Positions 48,936 to 55,460 of a stretch of DNA of 64,000 nt are shown here, piece by piece. This DNA comes from Patescibacteria group bacterium. GTDB lineage: Bacteria; Patescibacteriota; Minisyncoccia; Phycocordibacterales; SBAW01. The translations under genes and the position numbers were made by a program. The DNA is taken from positions 30,608-94,607 of the forward strand of contig JACOWS010000002.1 in the NCBI GenBank assembly GCA_016176685.1, written 5' to 3'. Each line of letters starts with the position of its first letter. The stretch's first letter is position 1. The notes beneath the pieces are model-generated. The model was given only the letters and a program-made list of their open reading frames with translations. It ran no database searches and was not told the DNA's origin.

Positions 48936-49010
48936 AGCCAGCGGAGCAAAAAAAGAGGGCACTCCGGGCCGCTAGGCCAAGTCTAACCCTCTTTTTTTGC
49001 TCCGCTGGCT
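48936..49010 (-). repeat. Palindromic element family 1, copy F (perfect 24-bp arms); contains the holB-like stop codon
   Basis: Loop TTAGACTTGGCCTAGCGGCCCGGAGTG on the minus strand; arm agccagcggagcaaaaaaagaggg. Confidence 0.95.
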
Positions 49011-49699
49011 TGCAGTTGTGGCAAGGTAGCGGCCAAGTGCTCCAGGAGCATTTTGTAGGAGGGGGCGCGGTCGTTTGCGTAGCCGCGGATTTTTGCAATG
49101 TCTTCAAGCCCTTCTCGCACCCTACTATTCCCTTTTGCCAGGTGCGGATACATTTCCACCTCGAGCGCGTCTAAAAATGCGCGCACCGACTCGCGTAGGC
49201 CTTCGTCGTCCCCGACCGAACGACCGGAGTCGTCCGGTCGGGCGGGTTTGAGCATTTTGGCTATTTCCGCACTGCGCGCCGTTTGCGAGCTAGCAAGAAA
49301 TTTCCTGGCAAGCGCATGCTCAACAATGATGGATTTACGAAGTCCATCATTGGGGTATGGAGTCATTCTCGAGCGCAGGGTCGGTATGACCGTGCCATGT
49401 GGAGTTAACAAAACAAAGATGGTCCCCTGCTGCGGCTCTTCAAACAATTTTAAAAGCGCCTGCTGGGCTTCTATGGTCATGGTGGAAACGCCCACTACAA
49501 AAAGCGCGCGGCCCGTGGCCGACCTAAGCCCTGCCGCTTGCCGCAAGGCGCGCGCCTCGCCTATACCAAAAGTCTCTTCACTAACCACCCTAACGTCCGG
49601 GTCACCCTGTTTTGTAAAAGTAAAACGTGTACGCGCATCCTCTACGAGCCCTACAAGGTTTGAAAGAGGCCCTTCAAAAAGGTAGGCGTGGTGCTGCAT
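48983..49699 (-). CDS. holB: DNA polymerase III delta-prime-like subunit (reduced)
   Basis: HHAYLFEG, EAQQALLKLFEEP, PTLRSR. Confidence 0.75.
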   Translation of the reverse strand: MQHHAYLFEGPLSNLVGLVEDARTRFTFTKQGDPDVRVVSEETFGIGEARALRQAAGLRSATGRALFVVGVSTMTIEAQQALLKLFEEPQQGTIFVLLTPHGTVIPTLRSRMTPYPNDGLRKSIIVEHALARKFLASSQTARSAEIAKMLKPARPDDSGRSVGDDEGLRESVRAFLDALEVEMYPHLAKGNSRVREGLEDIAKIRGYANDRAPSYKMLLEHLAATLPQLQASGAKKEG

Positions 49700-49717
49700 G
49701 TACGCAGTATAGCGAAG

Positions 49718-49777
49718 CAAAAACCCTTTGCGAAGGAGTAGGGTTCCCGTTCATCTCTCCTTTGCAAAGGGTTTTTG
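49718..49777. repeat. Palindromic element family 2, copy H (21-bp arms)
   Basis: caaaaaccctttgcgaaggag / TAGGGTTCCCGTTCATCT / ctcctttgcaaagggtttttg. Confidence 0.88.
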
Positions 49778-49783
49778 AGCAGT

Positions 49784-50797
49784 TTACCGCTTCGCTATGA
49801 TTGCTTTTTTGTAGGAGTCGAGGTGCTCGAGTGCCACCCCGGTGCCGCGCACCACGCAAAACAGCGCGTCTTCTGCCAATTGGGCTTTGACCCCGGTGCG
49901 GCGCAGAACCAGCTCGGGAAAGTTGCGCAGTTGCGAGGTGCCGCCCGTCATGGTTATGCCGCGGTCTATTATGTCGGCGGCCAACTCCGGCGGCGTTTCT
50001 TGCAGTACGTTGCGTATCGCTTTGATAATTTCGCGCAGCTCTTTGCCCATGGCGCGCACCACGTCGTTGGTCTTGAGCTCAAACTGACGCGGGAGCCCCG
50101 ATACAAAGTCGCGGCCGCGTACCTGCATGGCCAGCTCGTCTTCGACCGGCACGGCGGAGCCTATTTCTATTTTTATCCGCTCGGCGGTCTTTTCGCCTAT
50201 GCCGAGGTTATAGGTCTTCTTTACAAAATCGGCTATCGCGTGGTCGAGCCGGTCTCCCGCACACTTCACCGAGGTGGAGGCGACAATGCCTCCCAAGGAA
50301 ATTACCGCCACGTCGGTGGTGCCGCCGCCGATGTCAACCACCATGTTGCCGCGCGCCTCTTGTATGGGAATCCCTGCACCAATGGCCGCGAGTACCGGCT
50401 CTTTAACCACATAGGCGGCGCGGGCGCCGGCGCGTATCGTCGCCTCTACCACCGCGCGCCGCTCGGTCGAGGTCACCCCGGCGGGGACCGACACCATCAC
50501 CTCGGGGCGAAATAGTTGGAAGCGTCCCATTGCTTTGCGTATAAAGTAGCGCAGCATCGCCTGGGTCACGCGGTAGTCGGCAATAACACCGTCTTTAAGC
50601 GGCCGGTAGGCGATGATTTCCTCCGGCGTGCGGCCTATCATCTCCTTCGCTTCAACCCCGACCGCTAGGATGCGTTTGTCGACGTCGGAAATAGCTACCA
50701 CGGAGGGCTCGTTTAAAATAACTCCCCTCCCCGGCGCGAACACCAGGGTGTTGGCGGTGCCGAGGTCAATACCGAGTTTTGGGTTAAAGAAAGACAT
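49784..50797 (-). CDS. mreB: Second MreB/Mbl-family actin
   Basis: GIDLGTANT, RPLKDGVIADY, DIGGGTT, TPPELAADI. Confidence 0.93.
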   Translation of the reverse strand: MSFFNPKLGIDLGTANTLVFAPGRGVILNEPSVVAISDVDKRILAVGVEAKEMIGRTPEEIIAYRPLKDGVIADYRVTQAMLRYFIRKAMGRFQLFRPEVMVSVPAGVTSTERRAVVEATIRAGARAAYVVKEPVLAAIGAGIPIQEARGNMVVDIGGGTTDVAVISLGGIVASTSVKCAGDRLDHAIADFVKKTYNLGIGEKTAERIKIEIGSAVPVEDELAMQVRGRDFVSGLPRQFELKTNDVVRAMGKELREIIKAIRNVLQETPPELAADIIDRGITMTGGTSQLRNFPELVLRRTGVKAQLAEDALFCVVRGTGVALEHLDSYKKAIIAKR

Positions 50798-50829
50798 ACG
50801 GAGTGTTGCTATGGTACGCTATTTAAGCT

Positions 50830-52149
50830 ATGCAGACAACGCTCAATTTTAATATTGAGGGCGGGAGGAAGTTGCACGGGACCATCGAGATAAACTCCTC
50901 CAAAAACGGCGCGGTGGCGCTTTTGTGCGCCTCGCTCCTTAACCGCGGCATTACCACGCTAACCCGCGTGCCAAAAATAGAAGAGGTTAACCGTCTTATA
51001 GAGGTACTGCTCTCTATTGGGGTTGGGGTGGAGTGGCACGGAAGCACCGTTACCATCACCCCGCCAAAAAAATTTACACTTGGCGCGATAGACCGCGCGG
51101 CCGCAGAGAAAACCCGCAGTATTTTGATGTTTACCGGGGCGCTGGTCCACTCGCTCGCCTCTTTCTCGCTCCCGCAGGCGGGCGGTTGCAAGCTGGGCTC
51201 TCGCACGGTGCGCCCACACCTCTTTGCGCTCCAAAAGTTTGGCGTGGCGATAAAAACCACCAGAAGCTTGTGGCGGGTTACGCGCTCGAACTTGCACCGG
51301 GGAGAGGTGGTGATGTACGAGTCCGGCGACACCGCAACCATCAATGCGCTTTTATGTGCCGCCGGAATACCGGGTAAAAGCGTCATCAAGTATGCCTCGG
51401 CAAACTACCAGGTGCAGGAGGTGTGTTTTTTCCTCCAAAAACTCGGCATACAAATAGAAGGGGTGGGCACTACGACGCTAGTGGTCAATGGCAAAAAAGT
51501 AATCAAAAAAAACGTCGCCTATTCCGTGAGCGAGGACCCGACGGATGCGATGTTTTTTCTCGCGGCGGCAATAGTGACCAACTCTTCTATCACCATACGC
51601 CGCTGCCCAATAGACTTTTTAGAGCTCGAACTTTTGGTGTTGGAAAAGATGGGCTTTTGCTACCACATACTGCGGCGCTACAAAGGTCGCGGAGGGCGCG
51701 TACATTTGGTTGATATAAAAACCTTCCCTGGCTCGCTCATTGCGGCGCCGGAAAAAATCGCCGCGCGCCCCTACCCGGGGCTCAATATGGACAATCTGCC
51801 GTTTTTTGCGGTCATCGCCACCCAAGCTAAGGGCACCACGCTTATACATGACTGGGTGTACGAAAAGCGCGCACTGTACTTTACCGAGCTCGACAAGCTG
51901 GGCGCCACCACGCTTTTGGCCGACCCGCACCGCATCTACATCACCGGCAAGACTCCGCTAAAGCCCGCCGACCTGGTGTGCCCGCCGGCATTGCGGCCTG
52001 CAACCATTTTGCTTATCGCGATGCTCGCGGCGCCCGGCCGCTCGACCCTGCGCAACGTCTACAGCATCAACCGCGGGTACGAGGGGCTCGCTTTAAAGCT
52101 TTCTTCTTTGGGGGCGCGGGTGGAGCTGGTTGAGGAGTCTCACCCGTAG
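50830..52149 (+). CDS. murA: UDP-N-acetylglucosamine 1-carboxyvinyltransferase
   Basis: SKN, GGCKLGSR, PYPG, INRGYE. Confidence 0.92.
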   Translation: MQTTLNFNIEGGRKLHGTIEINSSKNGAVALLCASLLNRGITTLTRVPKIEEVNRLIEVLLSIGVGVEWHGSTVTITPPKKFTLGAIDRAAAEKTRSILMFTGALVHSLASFSLPQAGGCKLGSRTVRPHLFALQKFGVAIKTTRSLWRVTRSNLHRGEVVMYESGDTATINALLCAAGIPGKSVIKYASANYQVQEVCFFLQKLGIQIEGVGTTTLVVNGKKVIKKNVAYSVSEDPTDAMFFLAAAIVTNSSITIRRCPIDFLELELLVLEKMGFCYHILRRYKGRGGRVHLVDIKTFPGSLIAAPEKIAARPYPGLNMDNLPFFAVIATQAKGTTLIHDWVYEKRALYFTELDKLGATTLLADPHRIYITGKTPLKPADLVCPPALRPATILLIAMLAAPGRSTLRNVYSINRGYEGLALKLSSLGARVELVEESHP

Positions 52150-52426
52150 GGCTACGACCGAGGGTGTGCTTTTTAGGATTTATTTCCCACCAGAACTTTT
52201 TTGAGAAATTAGACGCTTGGTCGCACACGCTTTTAAGATAGTACAGGTCTTTGGTGGGGATAGCTTGGAGTACCCGCCCCATGCGCGGCATGGTTAAGGG
52301 CAAAATGCCGTCGCGCGCGCGCGAGCGGTTGAGCGCTTGAAGAAAGTATTGCATCAGCTCGCCGCGCTCGGTGGCGCGTTCTTTTTTACTGGTGATCGCT
52401 TTGATGTGCGCCCTGATGTGCTCCAC
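52067..52426 (-). CDS. Hypothetical protein (3' end overlaps murA)
   Basis: TERGEL..YF, DLYYLKSVC, FSKKFWW; TACAAT just upstream of the GTG. Confidence 0.6.
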   Translation of the reverse strand: MEHIRAHIKAITSKKERATERGELMQYFLQALNRSRARDGILPLTMPRMGRVLQAIPTKDLYYLKSVCDQASNFSKKFWWEINPKKHTLGRSPTGETPQPAPPAPPKKKALKRAPRTRG

Positions 52427-52476
52427 TGCTCTATTGTACCCCTTGGCGTACCTCTAGCCCGCCTATGGGCAGTAGG

Positions 52477-52505
52477 TTGACAAAAAACAGGCAATCGTGT
52501 AGCAT
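52477..52505 (+). promoter_or_regulatory. Sigma70 promoter of a candidate RNA
   Basis: TTGACA-N17-TAGCAT. Confidence 0.7.
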
Positions 52506-52511
52506 ACCTAC

Positions 52512-52700
52512 TAGTAGTTGCATATTTACTTCTTTCAGGTGTCTTCGGCACCCCCCGCTCTCCGAAGGCTGCCTGACTGAAGGCCGGGGGCGCTTCACAG
52601 CGGCACTCCGGCAAAAGCGGCGCGACGTCATTCCCCCCGCGTTGCGCCTGTTTCGGCCGGTTCGCTTGTCTCCCACCCAAGCGAACCGGCCTATTTTTTT
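52512..52700 (+). ncRNA. Candidate structured RNA ending in an intrinsic terminator
   Basis: Three helices plus a 14-bp terminator stem ggccggttcgcttg/caagcgaaccggcc and T7; no credible ORF. Confidence 0.55.
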
Positions 52701-52727
52701 ATAAAAAAATATTTTAGTATAAATAGT

Positions 52728-53261
52728 GTGAAAGCGACAAAAGACCCGATAGTGCAAAACGGCGAGGAGGTGCTGCGCCAAACCGCCGCCCCTATTGCAA
52801 AAAAAGACATCGCCTCGCGCGCAGTGCGCGGGCTTATCGCTCGGATGAAGAAAGTTTTAAACAAAGAGCCGCACGGCGTGGGGCTTGCGGCCTGCCAGCT
52901 GGGGGTGCCGCTCCAGCTGTTTATCATCTCCGGCCGCGCGTTTGTTGCTGACCACAAAAACCAAAAGCAAGAAAAAAAGCTCCCCCCCGACCTGGTGGTG
53001 ATAAACCCGGAGTTGGTTCGCAGTTCTAAAAAACAAAAAGAGATGTCGGAGGGGTGTCTTTCGGTGCGCGGCAAGTACGGCTCCGTGGTGCGGTTTGAGA
53101 AGGTGACCATACGCGCGCTAGATGAGAGCGGAAAGCCGTTTGTATACAACGCATCGGGCCTGCCGGCGCATGTTATCCAACACGAGCTCGACCACCTCCG
53201 TGGCCAACTGTTTATCGACAAAACAAAAAAACTCGAAGAGTGGGAGGATGACCATGAGTAA
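52728..53261 (+). CDS. def: Peptide deformylase
   Basis: GVGLAACQ, EGCLS, QHELDHL. Confidence 0.96.
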   Translation: MKATKDPIVQNGEEVLRQTAAPIAKKDIASRAVRGLIARMKKVLNKEPHGVGLAACQLGVPLQLFIISGRAFVADHKNQKQEKKLPPDLVVINPELVRSSKKQKEMSEGCLSVRGKYGSVVRFEKVTIRALDESGKPFVYNASGLPAHVIQHELDHLRGQLFIDKTKKLEEWEDDHE

Positions 53262-54129
53262 ACCCATGCCTCGATGTGCCTTTTTTGGGACGCCGCAGTT
53301 CGCGGTGCACGCTCTTAAAGCGCTTGAGGCGCAGGGGCTCTCGCCTGCGCTTGTGGTAACCGCGCCAGAGAGGCCGGCAGGCCGCGGGCTAAACCTCCAA
53401 CCATCCCCCGCAAAAGTGTGGGCCGAGGAGCGCGAGATAGATGTACTTGAGCCCTTAAGTCTTAGGGATAAGTCTTTTGTAGCCGAGCTTGGCAATACCG
53501 ACTGGGATGTGTTTGTGGTCTCGGCCTATGCCAAACTCATCCCAAAAAATATCCTTGACATCCCGCGCAAGGGCTCGCTCAACCTCCACCCATCGCTCTT
53601 GCCGAAGTTTCGCGGGCCCTCGCCGGCCGTCTCCGCCATCTTGGCAGACGAGCGCGCTACCGGCGTCTCTGTCATGCTGATGACCGAAAAGATGGACGCG
53701 GGGCCGGTTTTAGCGCAGGCCCGCATCGAGCTGGAAGAAGGTGCGGATGGGTGGCCGCCCACCGGTTCTTTTTTGGAGGAGCTCTTGGCAACCGAGGGCG
53801 GCAACCTTCTGGCGGAAATTTTGCCAGAGTGGCTCGCGGGTACCCTTACACCCGAGCCGCAGGACGAAAGCAAGGCGACGTACACACACAAGTTTAAAGA
53901 CCAAGATGCTTTGGTCGACCTCATGGGCGACGCGCGCCAAAACCTCTTAAAAATCCGTGCATTCGACCAGGGCCCGCGGGCGCATTTTTTTACAAAAGAC
54001 GGCAAGCGAGTACTCATCACCGACGCCCGCATAAGCGACAGTACTTTGGAAATCCTCAAGGTAATCCCCGAGGGGAAGCGGGAGATGTCGTATGAAGTGT
54101 TTGCCAAACGAGAAGCAACACAGAAGTGA
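53254..54129 (+). CDS. fmt: Methionyl-tRNA formyltransferase
   Basis: FFGTPQF, NLHPSLLPKFRG, MDAGP. Confidence 0.95.
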   Translation: MSKPMPRCAFFGTPQFAVHALKALEAQGLSPALVVTAPERPAGRGLNLQPSPAKVWAEEREIDVLEPLSLRDKSFVAELGNTDWDVFVVSAYAKLIPKNILDIPRKGSLNLHPSLLPKFRGPSPAVSAILADERATGVSVMLMTEKMDAGPVLAQARIELEEGADGWPPTGSFLEELLATEGGNLLAEILPEWLAGTLTPEPQDESKATYTHKFKDQDALVDLMGDARQNLLKIRAFDQGPRAHFFTKDGKRVLITDARISDSTLEILKVIPEGKREMSYEVFAKREATQK

Positions 54130-54139
54130 AGAATGCGGA

Positions 54140-54180
54140 GCAAAACAAACTTTGCCGCCCTCCGGCAAAGTTTGTTTTGT
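54140..54180. terminator. Bidirectional terminator between fmt and hpf
   Basis: caaaacaaactttgccg-ccctc-cggcaaagtttgttttg. Confidence 0.75.
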
Positions 54181-54186
54181 GCAGTC

Positions 54187-54549
54187 TTAAAACCTATCGC
54201 GCAAGCCGCGTAGCATATCTTTTATAATCGCTCCGCTACGGCGCACCAGCACCAGGGCGCGCTTTTTATTGCGCCGCACCACGCGCGTAAACTCGGAGGC
54301 GGCCAAGTCTATCGCCTCGTGCATGGTATCGCCGCGCTCCTCTGCCCGGTACGTTTCGCCCCCGGCGGTGGCGGTAAACTCGGCGCGGTTCTTCTTGCCG
54401 CGCTCACCACCTAAAAACTGGAGCTCGACATCTACATGCACGGTCGAGTCCCCCGCTAAAAATTTGTCCGCCAGCTCAAGTTTGGCTTCTACATAAGCGC
54501 GCAATTCTGGAGTAATAGAGACATCGGTGCCCTTGATGTTGTAGTGCAT
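54187..54549 (-). CDS. hpf: Ribosome hibernation factor (HPF/RaiA family)
   Basis: IKG....ITPELRAYVEAKL...AIDLA. Confidence 0.85.
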   Translation of the reverse strand: MHYNIKGTDVSITPELRAYVEAKLELADKFLAGDSTVHVDVELQFLGGERGKKNRAEFTATAGGETYRAEERGDTMHEAIDLAASEFTRVVRRNKKRALVLVRRSGAIIKDMLRGLRDRF

Positions 54550-54568
54550 AGCTCTTTTTATACTAATA

Positions 54569-54894
54569 CTACTGCTTCTTTTTATAAGTTCCTATCAGCT
54601 GTGCTTGCGCCAGGACACTGCCCTGTATTGCGGAAAGCACCTTGGGTTTTGAGGCGCCCGGCGCGAGCCCGAGCGTTGTTTTAAGTGCATAGAGTACAAA
54701 TTCTTGGTTTTGTCGCCGTCGCAGGTGTACCGGGCTGGGATAGCCCCGCCCTCGGTAAATGCACTGTTCGTAAGCTCCATACCAGTAGTATACCCGTTTG
54801 CCTGCTGTTTTGGTGCAGGGCGGCCAGCATACCACCACACTGCGGCAAACAGCGCCACAAGTACCACGAAAGTCGGCAGTGCGGCATACCTCAT
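54569..54894 (-). pseudogene. YbhB/YbcL (PEBP family) pseudogene with internal deletion
   Basis: MELTNSAF..GGAIPARYTCDG joined out of frame to FVLYAL...LIGTY; central DPD/HW/GP core absent. Confidence 0.8.
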
Positions 54895-54978
54895 ACATTC
54901 AAGTATACAAAAAGCGGCCGCCCGGGTGGCGGGCGACCGCGAAAGTTGTGCGGGATAGCGGTCCGCCAGCCGGCGGAC

Positions 54979-55362
54979 TTAGCCTGCCCTGCGGAAGGTC
55001 TTGCTTTCCCACTCGGAGAGCGCATTTCTGGCCGACCCCAATGCACCGCTGAACAGCCTTTCGGCAAGTGCAACAACCATGGCCTCGGCCTCTTGCGGAC
55101 TTTCTGCCTGGGCGGTCAGCTCCTTGTAGAGCTGGTCGGCAATCATCCGCGCCCCCTCCTCAAACGAGGGGTCAAAGGGGCGGCCTTGCTGCCGCTCTAT
55201 GCCCCCCTTAGCCAAAAGGTGCGCAAGCTGCCCAAGTGCCTCTGCAGGGCTCACGTGCCCCTGGAAGGACACAAAATCGTAAGCTTCTTCCAAGGCCCCC
55301 TCAACAGCGTGCTGGCGCGCGGCGCCGCGCTCCATCCATGCGTCATGGTCAAAGTCAGACAT
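54979..55362 (-). CDS. Hypothetical protein
   Basis: SD AAGGAGG; 127 aa; GC hairpin downstream. Confidence 0.6.
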   Translation of the reverse strand: MSDFDHDAWMERGAARQHAVEGALEEAYDFVSFQGHVSPAEALGQLAHLLAKGGIERQQGRPFDPSFEEGARMIADQLYKELTAQAESPQEAEAMVVALAERLFSGALGSARNALSEWESKTFRRAG

Positions 55363-55460
55363 GCTCTCCTCCTTTCTAGCTGATGCAGTCTTAAAATACT
55401 ATATCACATTATATAAAATTTGTCAGACCTCCGTGGGGCGAGGGGTGCGTGTTTCAGCAT

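Noticed and set aside
1964-49010. Family 1 loop as a CRISPR or TIGR-like repeat array
   Set aside because: Copies are kilobases apart, in both orientations, flanked by inverted arms rather than spacers; no cas or Nop-domain gene is recognisable.
52550-52655. ZTP (pfl) riboswitch or SRP RNA upstream of def-fmt
   Set aside because: Lacks the GACTGGCG / CGCCTGGGC pseudoknot pair of ZTP and the SRP helix-8 motif; kept as an unassigned RNA.
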